Source: Chloroflexota bacterium (lineage in GTDB: Bacteria; Chloroflexota; Limnocylindria; Limnocylindrales; CSP1-4). Taken from it: a stretch of DNA of 64,000 bases. Below, piece after piece: positions 18,667 through 27,644 of this stretch (its first letter is position 1; each line of letters starts with the position of its first letter). The notes under the pieces were generated by a model, which did no database searches, was not told where the DNA came from, and was given only the letters and a program-made list of their open reading frames with translations. The position numbers and the translations under genes were made by a program. Location: the NCBI GenBank assembly GCA_016191425.1, contig JACPOR010000008.1, forward strand, positions 13,835 through 77,834, given 5' to 3'.

Positions 18667-19716
18667 TCAAACCGGGGTCCGGCTGACGCCGAGCCCGGGT
18701 CCATCGCCGAGCCGCCAGCGGTGGTCCGGCCGCAGCTCCAATCCCTCGAATGGGTCGTCGGCGAGCAGGAGGCAGCCGTCGAGATCCACCCACTCCGCCA
18801 GGGACGCGCACGCGGCCGAGGCGGCGATCGCAACCGATGTCTCCTCCATGCAGCCGAGGAATCGGCGGAAACCCAGGTCCCGCGCGCGGGCAAGCATCCG
18901 CGCCGCCGGGCCCGGTCCGCCGACCTTTGCGAGCTTCACATTGACGGCGGCGACGACGCCGACGAGCCCGTCGAGGTCCTCGTCGGTCACGCACGACTCA
19001 TCGGCCACGATCGGCAGATCCGTGAGTTGCTGGAGGTCTGCCATCCAGTCCAGGCGCGTGGCCGGGAACGGCTGCTCGATGAGTTCCACGCCGAGTGCGA
19101 TGAGATCCGGCACCAGGGCGCGGGCGATCTCGGGCGTCCAGCCCGTGTTGGCGTCAACGCGGATCGGTCCGTCGAAGACGTCGCGCACGGCGCGAATCGT
19201 GGCCACGTCGGCCGGCCCGCCACACTTGATCTTCAGGGCCGGGAATGCGGCGGCGCGGCGGGCGCGCTCGGCGACCACCGAAGGTTCATCCAGGCCGAGC
19301 GTGAAGTCGGTCGGTGGGATGGCCGGCGACAGGCCGAGCAGGTTCCAGACCGGCCGACTCGTGACCTTCCCGACGAGATCGTGGAGGGCCGAGTCGATCG
19401 CACATTTCGCGCCACCGTTCCAGCGGATCGCGTCGTGCATCGCGTCGCCTGCGGCGCGCAGTCCATCGGGCGAAGGGTCGGGCTCACCGAGCGAGGCCAG
19501 AAGAAGCGGATAGACAGCCGCCATCGTTTCCGGCGTATCGCCGTAGAACCGATCCGGATACCCCTCGCCGACGCCCACGATTCCCGGGAACCGATCATCT
19601 TCGAGCTCGACGACCACGGTCGTCACGAACGCGCCGGCGTCGTGATCCGATCGAGCGATGCGGAACGGCTCCTTGAGCCGGAGCTTGAGGGTCTCGTGGC
19701 GGATCCGGAGCGTCAC
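18667..19716 (-). CDS. dgcA: Enolase-superfamily dipeptide epimerase / N-acetyl-D-glutamate racemase-like
   Basis: EPFRIARS, LKIKC, RVDANTGW, IEQP, ADES, NVKLAK, GCMEET, DLDG. GTGA overlap with the DUF1611 gene. Confidence 0.85.
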   Translation of the reverse strand: MTLRIRHETLKLRLKEPFRIARSDHDAGAFVTTVVVELEDDRFPGIVGVGEGYPDRFYGDTPETMAAVYPLLLASLGEPDPSPDGLRAAGDAMHDAIRWNGGAKCAIDSALHDLVGKVTSRPVWNLLGLSPAIPPTDFTLGLDEPSVVAERARRAAAFPALKIKCGGPADVATIRAVRDVFDGPIRVDANTGWTPEIARALVPDLIALGVELIEQPFPATRLDWMADLQQLTDLPIVADESCVTDEDLDGLVGVVAAVNVKLAKVGGPGPAARMLARARDLGFRRFLGCMEETSVAIAASAACASLAEWVDLDGCLLLADDPFEGLELRPDHRWRLGDGPGLGVSRTPV

Positions 19717-20822
19717 GCGGTGGCCCGGGCGTCGTTCGCCAAGACCCACGGCAGGGCCTCGACGGCCTGGTGGATCGACGCCCAGAGTTCGTCGCCGCCG
19801 AAGCGGACGGGGTCCGCGGCGGGCAGGCCCGTCGCCCGGGAGATGTCCTCGATGACCCGCCGGGCATCGGCGTCGTCGGGATAGAGAGACGTATTGAGGG
19901 CGAGGGCAACGACTTTCGTCGGAGCGATGAGCGCGGCCACGCTCTCGTGGAGGCGGATGAACCCGGGCAGATCGGCAATCGGGAAGGACACGTCGGGCAG
20001 GTGGTCGAAGTCGTGGTTGGCCAGGCCCGGCTTGTGGACCATGACGAGCGCGTGGGGCGTCGAGCCGTGGATGAGGCTCAGGGTCACCGACGAGTAGGCC
20101 GGGTGATCCAGGGACCCCTGACCTTCCACGAGCACCCAGTCCCCGCGCGATTCGGCTTCGCCCGTCAGCCACTCGACGGTGCCCTGCGCGAAGTCGCTGA
20201 TGACGCGATCGATGGCGACACCCCAACCGTCGATCATCATGCCGGTCTGGCCGGTCGGGACGAAGACGCAGTTGTCGCCCGCCTTGAGGGCGGACGTGCG
20301 CAGCTCGAGAGCGACCGACATCTTGCCGATCGCGCAGTCCGTGCCGACCGTCAGGATCACCCGCGAGCCCGGCCGGTGTCGCCGTCCGACTGCCGTCTCG
20401 TGCCGCTCGGGCGGTCGCCGGTAGTCGACGATCTCGACCCCGGTTGCGGCCGCTTCGGCGGAGAATGCCGCATCGTCGCCGAGGAAGGTGTGAAGGCCGG
20501 AATGGACGTTCAGGCCGGCTCGGAGGGCATCGACGATGATGGCCCGCCAGTCGTCCGGGAGGCGGCCGCCGGTCGGCGCAATCCCGATGAGGAGCGTATC
20601 CGGCCGACGGGGCATCGCCAGGGCCTCATCCAGTGTCGCAACAGCCGGGATGTCGTGGCCCGGCAGCCATTCACTCACATTCCGGCCGGCGATCGAGGAG
20701 TCCAGGAGCGCGACGATCTCGTCGGTTCCGTAGCGGATGACACCCATCGCCGTCTTGGCATTGTGGGCCCGGAACTGTCCCTCTGTGAGAATGACGAGGC
20801 GACGCGAATCGGATGCGGTCAT
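19713..20822 (-). CDS. dgcN: DUF1611 protein / D-glutamate N-acetyltransferase-like
   Basis: AKTAMGVIRY, GIAPTGG, SGLHTFL, VGTDCAIGKM, TGQTG, VEGQGSL motifs. Confidence 0.88.
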   Translation of the reverse strand: MTASDSRRLVILTEGQFRAHNAKTAMGVIRYGTDEIVALLDSSIAGRNVSEWLPGHDIPAVATLDEALAMPRRPDTLLIGIAPTGGRLPDDWRAIIVDALRAGLNVHSGLHTFLGDDAAFSAEAAATGVEIVDYRRPPERHETAVGRRHRPGSRVILTVGTDCAIGKMSVALELRTSALKAGDNCVFVPTGQTGMMIDGWGVAIDRVISDFAQGTVEWLTGEAESRGDWVLVEGQGSLDHPAYSSVTLSLIHGSTPHALVMVHKPGLANHDFDHLPDVSFPIADLPGFIRLHESVAALIAPTKVVALALNTSLYPDDADARRVIEDISRATGLPAADPVRFGGDELWASIHQAVEALPWVLANDARATA

Positions 20823-20920
20823 GGTCCCGCAGTGTACGGGAACGGGATATGCCCCCGGAGATCCGAAGGCGCGGGCGTGGCCCCAGAGGTTGGTACCCGC
20901 ATACCGGAGTCCAAGTGAGC

Positions 20921-20975
20921 CGTCTCATGCGTCTCAGCCGCGTTCACCCAGTACCTCCAAGAGACGCATGAGACG
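20921..20975. repeat. Perfect 15-bp inverted repeat just inside the island end
   Basis: CGTCTCATGCGTCTC at 20921-20935 and GAGACGCATGAGACG at 20961-20975. Confidence 0.9.
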
Positions 20976-20990
20976 CAAGAAACAGGATTC

Positions 20991-21013
20991 ATAAGGGCTC
21001 CAATAAGGGCTCC
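20991..21013. repeat. 11-bp direct repeat ATAAGGGCTCC x2 (possible integrase arm-type site)
   Basis: Copies at 20991 and 21003, about 80 bp inside the att-like copy. Confidence 0.6.
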
Positions 21014-21019
21014 CGCAAG

Positions 21020-21039
21020 ATGTGCTACTGTTAGCACAT
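21020..21039 (+). promoter_or_regulatory. Toxin-antitoxin operator palindrome overlapping an extended -10
   Basis: ATGTGCTA-CTGT-TAGCACAT contains TG-C-TACTGT, 6 nt before the antitoxin ATG. Confidence 0.75.
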
Positions 21040-21313
21040 GGCATCGACGGGCATCAGGGAACTGCGTCAGCGCGCCAGCGAGTTGCTGCGACGGGTGGAG
21101 GCCGGCGAGACGATCGAGATCACCGATCGCGGCCGACCGGTGGCCGTCCTCGCACCACTGCCGAACCAGCGTCCGATCGAACGCTTGCGGGTATCCGGCG
21201 ATCTCGAGCCGGCGGGGGCGGACCTGAAGGACTTGCCTGAGCCGTTGGTCCTGGCGCCCGGACAGGAAGCCCCGTCGAGCGTCCTCGATCGACTGCGCCG
21301 CGATGAGCGCTGA
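21038..21313 (+). CDS. vapB: Phd/YefM-family antitoxin
   Basis: GIRELRQRASELLRRVEAGETIEITDRGRPVAVLAP. Confidence 0.93.
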   Translation: MASTGIRELRQRASELLRRVEAGETIEITDRGRPVAVLAPLPNQRPIERLRVSGDLEPAGADLKDLPEPLVLAPGQEAPSSVLDRLRRDER

Positions 21314-21704
21314 ACGGGCGACGTACGTCGACTCGTCGGCGCTGGTGAAGCTCGCCGTTCGCGAACCCGAGTCGGCGGCGCTGCGGCGCCATCTGGGTCG
21401 CCGTCGGCCGCTTGTGTCAAGTGCCCTTGCCCGGACGGAGGTCGCGCGCGCGCTCCTTCCCCTTGGGCCCGACGCGGTTCGACGAGGCAGGGAGGTGCTC
21501 GCGCGGGTGGACTTGCTGCGTGTAAACGATCGCGTCCTCCACGCGGCCGGACTGCTGCCCCCGGCCGATCTTCGATCGCTCGACGCCATCCACCTCGCGA
21601 GCGCCGAGCAGCTCGGTTCGGACCTGCGGGGCTTCGTGACGTACGACGAGCGCCTGGCGAATGCGGCCGCCGTCCGAGGGTTCCGGGTGATCCAACCCGC
21701 CTGA
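21303..21704 (+). CDS. vapC: VapC PIN-domain toxin
   Basis: YVDSSALVKL, EV, LRSLDAIHLASA, VTYDERL. Overlaps the antitoxin gene. Confidence 0.95.
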   Translation: MSAERATYVDSSALVKLAVREPESAALRRHLGRRRPLVSSALARTEVARALLPLGPDAVRRGREVLARVDLLRVNDRVLHAAGLLPPADLRSLDAIHLASAEQLGSDLRGFVTYDERLANAAAVRGFRVIQPA

Positions 21705-21832
21705 CCATCGAGCTTGGCGAACCCGACGGGAGGGAGGGAGTGGCGATCCCCGATCTTTCCGGCACGCTTTCGTGCGAGCACTCGTAGATCGCGCGTGACG
21801 TGAGCTGGGTTTGGCCGGGCGCGGGCCTGCCA

Positions 21833-24640
21833 TCAGTCCCCCATCGCGTCTCCGTCGGCCGATTCGGATACGAGGCCGAGACGCACCGCGATCGCAGCGA
21901 TCTCCGCGCGGCCGTTCGCTCCCATCTTCGACTTGATGTTCGATACGTGCACGCTGGCCGTCTTCTCGCTGATGAACAGGTCGGCTGCGATCTCCCGGTT
22001 CGTGCGCCCCAGGGTGACGCGCTCAAGGACGTCCTGTTCGCGCCGCGTCAGCCTGAACGGGGTCCCACGGCCGACGGGCGCGGCGCCGGAAGCTCGCCCG
22101 GACGCCACGGGCCGGCCTGCGAGCTCGAGCCGTGACCGCAAGGCGAGCCGTTCGATCTCCCGTTGGAGGGGCGCGGCCCCCAGATCGCTCGCTATGTGGT
22201 GCGCCTCCACCGCAGCCGCCTGCGCGGCGGCCCGGGACCCGCGAGCGAGCAGGAGCGCCTCGGCCTGGCGGAATCGGCTGTAGGCCTGGTCATGGGGATG
22301 ACGCAGCTCGTGGGCTGCGGCCGCCGCGGTGGCCCACTCTGCTGCGCTCGAGCCACCCATGAGCCGGCTCAGCTCCGCCTTGCCGAGGGCCACGTCGAGG
22401 GCCAGGTGTGGGTCGCCCCCACCAGGAAGCTCGCGCACGAGCCGCGCGTGACAATCGAGCCGTCTGTCGAACTCGCGTCCGATCGCGAGCGCCTGGTCCA
22501 GCCCCGCCGCATCGCCGCGAGGGCGAGCCACCTCGGCGAGGTCTGCCGCAGCACGGATTGCCAGGCGGTGGCACACGCGCATGTGGACGTCGCGCTCCGG
22601 CTCAGCCGAGCGCGCCAGGCTCTCTCTCACCGAGTCGATGGCCTCGGACGGCTGCCCGCGCGCGATCGACAGCAGGGCGATGCTCGAGTACAGGTCGGTC
22701 CATCCGTAGGCGGTTGCGGTGAAGGCCTTGCACATCAGCAGCACGACTTCGAGGTGTTCGGCGGCCGAGTCCAACCTGCCGCGGCCCAGGTCGAGGAGCG
22801 CCCGGGCACCATGCGCCATGACTCCGTGCGATCCCACCGGGTCTCGCTCGAGCGCCGCCGAGATCCAATCGTCTGCCTCCGCCCAGTGCCCGAGGCGGAA
22901 GGCCGATAAGCCCCGAATGGCCCGCAGCGCGCTTCCGAATCCCTCCGCTCCCCAGCGGCCGCTCTCGGCGATCCCCTCATCGGCCACGCGGCGGGCCTCG
23001 TCCAGGTCTCCGGCCCAGTGGAGTGCCAGCGCCAGCTCGATGGAGATCTCGGCTGCCCCGGTGAAATCCCCGACCGAGCGCGAAAGGGTCAGCGCCTCGC
23101 GCAGGGTGCGAACGCCCGAGTCGGCTTCACCGACCGCGCTGGCATTGCGGCCGATGCAGCCCAGCGCGCGGATCTCGGCCGTGGCCGAGCCAACCAGGCG
23201 CGCGGTTGCCAAGGCCTCCTGGGCGATGCGGTTTGACTCGCTGAAGTGACACTTCAACCCCAGCGCCTGGGCCAGGACGCCCAGCACCTGGGCTCGCGCG
23301 ACCGACGGAGGGTCGGCCGGCAGGAGGTCCAGCGCTCGAAGCGCCAGCGGCTGTGCGGCGTCGGGATTGCCCGAGCCGAGGTGATACACGGCCAACCGCT
23401 CGAGCAACGTCCCGGTGCGGATCGGGTCGGGCTCAACGAGGGACTCGAGCGCTGCCTGCACCAGCTCGATCGCACGCCGGTATGCGCCGGACACGGCGGC
23501 TGACTCGGCGGTGCGCATCGTCAGCTCAAGGCGCGTCAGTCCTTCGACGGTCTCGGCGGCGGTCGGCCACAGACTCAACGCGAGGTGGTAGTGGGCGAAT
23601 GCGTTGCCGAACGCGAACATCCGCTCCGCCGCCTGTCCGGCGCGCAACAACGCGGGCAAGGCATGTCGCGCATCGCGTGACTCGTACCAGTGGTGAGCAA
23701 GCTCGGAGGCCACCGCGGCATCGATGTCCAGGCCGGCATGGAGCGATTCGACCGCTGCTGCGACCGCGGCATGCAGCGCCAACCGCTCACCTGGCAGAAG
23801 TTCGCCGTAGGCCGCTTCCCGAAGGAGGCCGTGGCGGAACTGCATGACGTGATCGTCGCCCGCCAGCAGGAGGTGGCGGTCGATTGCCTCCCGCAGCGCG
23901 GCAGCCATCTCGGCCTGCTTCATGTGGGTGACGATCGCCAGGACGTCATGTCGCGCGGACTGACCGGCGACGGCGACGACGCGCAGCAAGTCTCGCGCCG
24001 AGGGCGACAGGCCGCCGACTCGGGCCAACAGCGTCTCGCGAAGGGAAAGACCCAGGCGTTGCTCGCCGCGCTGCTCCACCGCGAGCAGCTCCTCGGTGAA
24101 GAAGGCATTGCCTCCGCCGCGCTCGTGGAGGCGAGCGACGAGGGCGCGGTCGGGAGGCTTGCCGTGGATCCCCGCAAGCTGGTCGTGAACCTCGTCGGCG
24201 ATGCGCTCGATCAGCCCGAGCACGTGGAGGTAGAGGCTGGACTGGCTCGACGAGGTGGGTGCTTCGGCCGGCGTCTCGCCATCGCCGCCGGACTCGAGGT
24301 CGGGGATCAGCTGGAGGACGGCTGATCGTGCCGGCCCGACGATGCGTTCGCGGTCCTCAGGCGGCAGGGCCTTCAACCACGGACGAAGCGCGGCGACGAG
24401 TGGGTCGTAGGGCGGCGCCCCATCTCCGAGGTCGACACATCCACCTCCCAGGAAGCGCAGTCCGCTGGACTCGACGCCCGCTCGCAGCTCCGCGAGTAAA
24501 CGGGTCTTGCCGACGCCGGCCTCACCGCCGACGATGACCGTGCCAACCGCTCCCGACCTGGCGCCTTCCAGGGCGGCCCGCAGCCGTTGGAGCTCGTCGC
24601 CGCGGCCGACGAACACGGGGCTCGAGATTCGCGAGATCAT
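21833..24640 (-). CDS. Large ATPase-TPR-LuxR transcriptional regulator with an apparent internal deletion
   Basis: FVGRGDEL, GGEAGVGKTRL Walker A, GGNAFFTEEL, FRHGLLREAAY, C-terminal LTRREQDVL...FISEKTASVHVSNI HTH. No Walker B segment seen. Confidence 0.9.
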   Translation of the reverse strand: MISRISSPVFVGRGDELQRLRAALEGARSGAVGTVIVGGEAGVGKTRLLAELRAGVESSGLRFLGGGCVDLGDGAPPYDPLVAALRPWLKALPPEDRERIVGPARSAVLQLIPDLESGGDGETPAEAPTSSSQSSLYLHVLGLIERIADEVHDQLAGIHGKPPDRALVARLHERGGGNAFFTEELLAVEQRGEQRLGLSLRETLLARVGGLSPSARDLLRVVAVAGQSARHDVLAIVTHMKQAEMAAALREAIDRHLLLAGDDHVMQFRHGLLREAAYGELLPGERLALHAAVAAAVESLHAGLDIDAAVASELAHHWYESRDARHALPALLRAGQAAERMFAFGNAFAHYHLALSLWPTAAETVEGLTRLELTMRTAESAAVSGAYRRAIELVQAALESLVEPDPIRTGTLLERLAVYHLGSGNPDAAQPLALRALDLLPADPPSVARAQVLGVLAQALGLKCHFSESNRIAQEALATARLVGSATAEIRALGCIGRNASAVGEADSGVRTLREALTLSRSVGDFTGAAEISIELALALHWAGDLDEARRVADEGIAESGRWGAEGFGSALRAIRGLSAFRLGHWAEADDWISAALERDPVGSHGVMAHGARALLDLGRGRLDSAAEHLEVVLLMCKAFTATAYGWTDLYSSIALLSIARGQPSEAIDSVRESLARSAEPERDVHMRVCHRLAIRAAADLAEVARPRGDAAGLDQALAIGREFDRRLDCHARLVRELPGGGDPHLALDVALGKAELSRLMGGSSAAEWATAAAAAHELRHPHDQAYSRFRQAEALLLARGSRAAAQAAAVEAHHIASDLGAAPLQREIERLALRSRLELAGRPVASGRASGAAPVGRGTPFRLTRREQDVLERVTLGRTNREIAADLFISEKTASVHVSNIKSKMGANGRAEIAAIAVRLGLVSESADGDAMGD

Positions 24641-24791
24641 TCGACGATTATCGGCGTTGTGGGAGTACGGCTTCAGTCAAGACCGGCTGGCCTAAGGAAC
24701 TCCCTCGCCCGGAACTAAGGAGCGCCCCATTGCAGAGGCTCGCCACCGAGGCATACGATCCGGCGACCGTGACGGTGAACCGGAGCAGCCC

Positions 24792-25043
24792 ATGACTGAT
24801 GCATCGAGTGCCCCGGCCGCGGACGTTCGCATGGACCTCGTCGGGCAGGCCTGTGCGACATTGACTCCGATGATCGCGTTTCGGATGCGCGAGTTGCTCA
24901 CCGGCCAGGTCCTGGAGGTCATCTCCGACGACCCCACGGCGCGCAGCGGCTTGGCTTCCTGGTCGAGGCTGACAGGCAATCCGATCGTGGCCATCGTCGA
25001 AGACGGGTCAGGGCGGACCCGCTACTACCTGCGTCGGAAGTAG
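24792..25043 (+). CDS. TusA/SirA-like sulfur carrier protein
   Basis: MDLVGQACATLTP, GQVLEVISDDP, W...TGN, YYLRRK. Confidence 0.85.
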   Translation: MTDASSAPAADVRMDLVGQACATLTPMIAFRMRELLTGQVLEVISDDPTARSGLASWSRLTGNPIVAIVEDGSGRTRYYLRRK

Positions 25044-25061
25044 GCCTGGAGGAGCAGATCG

Positions 25062-25421
25062 GTGGCGAGATTCATGGCGCAATCCACGCACGGTCGCGAG
25101 GATCCGGAACGAGCCACGCTGCCGTTCATCGTGGCGAACGTGGCCGCATCGGCCGATCAGCAGGCCATCGTCCTGCTCACGATCGAGGGCGTGTGGCTGG
25201 CGACGAAAGGCTACGCGGACGACATCCACCACGAGGGCATGCCGCCGCTCCGCGAAGTCCTTGCCTCGCTGCTCGCAAACGGTGGGGAGATCTGGGCCTG
25301 CGGCGCCTGCACGAAGCCGCGGGGCATCACCGAGGAGCACCTGATCGAGGGTGCGAGGATCATATCCGCGGTGGACTTCGTCGCCGAGCTGGCGAGCGGC
25401 ACCCCCCTCTACACCTGCTAA
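25062..25421 (+). CDS. DsrE-family protein
   Basis: THGREDPERATLPF, LTIEGVWL, GGEIWACGAC; GGAGGAG RBS. Confidence 0.88.
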   Translation: MARFMAQSTHGREDPERATLPFIVANVAASADQQAIVLLTIEGVWLATKGYADDIHHEGMPPLREVLASLLANGGEIWACGACTKPRGITEEHLIEGARIISAVDFVAELASGTPLYTC

Positions 25422-25554
25422 TACGGCCAGGAAATGAGGAGATTCGGGTCGGCCGCCTAAGGACCGTGCCGATGTGGTGCGCCGACCTGAGGACCACCCT
25501 CTCCCCTGGATGAAGCGGGGCACGCGCACCGCCGCAGCAGATGGAGAGGGAAGG

Positions 25555-26499
25555 ATGACCGGTTTCTCAGCGGGCAAATCCACGCGCCAGCGCCGTCGAC
25601 CGGCGGACGCCAGTCTCGTCCGGGTCCTGGCGGCCTTCGTGGCGATCCTCCTGATCGCGCCGGCAAGCGTCGCCGGCAAGTCCTTCAGCGCCTGGGGATC
25701 GGCGGTCGCCGAAGCCGGCGTCAACACCGCGGCGGCCGAGGGCTGTCCGATCGAGTCACCGGACGGCCTCAGCCTCTACATCGCCTCGAACCGCGCCGGC
25801 GGGACGGGCAGCCCCGACCCGAACGACATCTGGGTCTTCCAGCGCGAGTCGATCGATGGACCGTGGGGCCCGGCCGAGAACCTCGGCATGCCGGTGAACT
25901 CGACCTTCGCCGACTACTGCCCCACGCCCCTCCGGGGCAAGGCGCTGTTGTTCGTGTCCACCCGGCCCGGCGGCTGCGGTGGCGGCGACATCTACCTTGG
26001 ACGGAACAACCCGGCTCACGGCTGGTCGATCCAGCACCTCGGCTGCGACGCGGCCGGCAGCGGACCGAACTTCCCGGGCGGAGAGTTCGGGCCGTCGCTC
26101 GTCGAGACAGACGAGGGCACGTTCCTGTTCTTCTCGAGCGACGGCTACGAGGTCGGCGGCGACCAGGACATCTACATGAGCCGCCAACTCGCCGATGGCA
26201 GCTTCGGGCCGGCCACGGCCGTCTCCGAGCTGAACACGCCCCAGCACGACTTCATGCCGAACGTGCGCAAGGACGGCCTCGAGATTGTGTTCAACTCGAA
26301 CCGGGCCGGGGGCTTCGGTATGCAGGACGTGTACACCTCGACGCGCTCGTCGACGAGCGAGCCGTGGTCGACCCCGATGAACCTGGGCTCGAACGTGAAC
26401 ACGGCCGGCAACGAAACGCGCTCGTCGCTGTCGTGGGACGGCCTGCGCCTCCACTTCGGCCGCGACGGGGACATCTACGTGAGCACCCGCTCGCGCTGA
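25555..26499 (+). CDS. Secreted beta-propeller protein with PD40/TolB-like repeats
   Basis: Signal-peptide-like N-terminus. Repeated P-x-x-SPDGLSLYIASNR...DIW/DIY...W-x-x-P-x-NLG units. Confidence 0.82.
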   Translation: MTGFSAGKSTRQRRRPADASLVRVLAAFVAILLIAPASVAGKSFSAWGSAVAEAGVNTAAAEGCPIESPDGLSLYIASNRAGGTGSPDPNDIWVFQRESIDGPWGPAENLGMPVNSTFADYCPTPLRGKALLFVSTRPGGCGGGDIYLGRNNPAHGWSIQHLGCDAAGSGPNFPGGEFGPSLVETDEGTFLFFSSDGYEVGGDQDIYMSRQLADGSFGPATAVSELNTPQHDFMPNVRKDGLEIVFNSNRAGGFGMQDVYTSTRSSTSEPWSTPMNLGSNVNTAGNETRSSLSWDGLRLHFGRDGDIYVSTRSR

Positions 26500-26565
26500 C
26501 CGCACCTGGCGTCAGTCGGAGGCGGCGCCATCCGGGGCCGCCTCCGCGCATATCTCCTCAGAGAG

Positions 26566-26603
26566 ACAACAAAACGCCCCCGGGGCTCGGATCCGGGGGC
26601 GTT
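26566..26603 (-). terminator. Intrinsic terminator downstream of tRNA-Glu
   Basis: AACGCCCCCGG / CCGGGGGCGTT stem followed by a U-rich tract on the minus strand. Confidence 0.8.
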
Positions 26604-26617
26604 GGAACAACCCGTGT

Positions 26618-26694
26618 TGGTACCGCATACCGGATTCGAACCGGTGATCTCCGCCTTGAGAGGGCGGTGTCCTGGGCCTCTAGACGAATGCGGC
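26618..26694 (-). tRNA. tRNA-Glu (anticodon CTC)
   Basis: 77-nt cloverleaf GCCGCAT...CCGCC-CTCTCAA-GGCGG...GGTTCGAATCC...ATGCGGTACCA. Confidence 0.97.
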
Positions 26695-26759
26695 CTGAGG
26701 GTCGCGCTCGTCGCGCGAGACGGCGGATGATACCAAAAGACCGTTGATCCGGTCCCGAC

Positions 26760-27644
26760 CTAGAGCCGATTCACTTCGAGGAAGCCGCGAATCGCGTCGG
26801 CGACCTGCTGGAAGCCGGCCTCCCCGACAACCAGCCCGTAGTGCGAATGGGCGGCAAACGGCTCGTACTGGCCGTCGAGCCACTCGGCCAGGCGCTCGGC
26901 CGTCTCCATGGAAACCTGGCGGTCGAGGCCGCCCCCGATCACGAGTCGCGGTACGTCGTTGAATGCTTCGCGATTGATCCTGATGCCCCGGAGCACCGCG
27001 CGCCTCGCGCGACCCGATTCGTGCGGCTTCTGGCCCATGAGGTGCTGGATGCGCAGGATGTCGGGGATCGACAGATCTCGACAATCACGCTGCAGCCGCT
27101 CGGGAAGGGTCGCCCAGCCGATCAGTGCCTTGCCGTAGAGCTCGGGGATGTCGCGCAGCTCGTGCTGGTGGACCGGCAGCCGCAGCTCGCCCGGCGGTTC
27201 GGACGACACGAGGACGAGGCCGGCCAGGGTCTGACGCTCCGCCGCCTTCATCGCCAGGAGGCCGCCCATGCCGTGGCCAATCACGACGACACCCGGGCCG
27301 AGTCGCGCCATCACCGACGCGACGTCATCGACGTACATCTCGAAGGACAGTTCCGCAGGGTCGGCGGTCCGGCTCCAATGGTGATTGCGCAGGTTGAGGG
27401 CATGGCCCTCCCAGCCCCGACCGGCGAAGTATCCGAGGTAGCGTTCCCAGAGCCACGAGCCACCAAGTTCACCGTGGACGAAGAGGAGCGGCTTCCGTCT
27501 CGAGCGGCGCTCAGGCAGCCACGACTCGACGTAGATGCCCCGCTCGTCCAGCTCGATCTCGTCCTTCCGGATCGGCCGGCCGCCGATCGAGGGCGACTGG
27601 GCTCGGCCGAGAATGTCGTCAGGTGTCGTACCGGGCATGCTCAC
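26760..27644 (-). CDS. Alpha/beta hydrolase-fold protein lacking the nucleophile Ser
   Basis: PLLFVHG, LNLRNH, elbow reads GHGMGG, GGGLDRQV, HSH. Confidence 0.88.
   Translation of the reverse strand: MSMPGTTPDDILGRAQSPSIGGRPIRKDEIELDERGIYVESWLPERRSRRKPLLFVHGELGGSWLWERYLGYFAGRGWEGHALNLRNHHWSRTADPAELSFEMYVDDVASVMARLGPGVVVIGHGMGGLLAMKAAERQTLAGLVLVSSEPPGELRLPVHQHELRDIPELYGKALIGWATLPERLQRDCRDLSIPDILRIQHLMGQKPHESGRARRAVLRGIRINREAFNDVPRLVIGGGLDRQVSMETAERLAEWLDGQYEPFAAHSHYGLVVGEAGFQQVADAIRGFLEVNRL

Larger units (their letters stand above)
20889..26640. mobile_element. tRNA-Glu-anchored genomic island remnant (no integrase)
   Basis: 20889-20914 GTTGGTACCCGCATACCGGAGTCCAA is a degenerate direct copy of the tRNA-Glu 3' end at 26616-26640 (GTTGGTACCGCATACCGGATTCGAA). 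Cargo includes a toxin-antitoxin pair. Confidence 0.75.
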
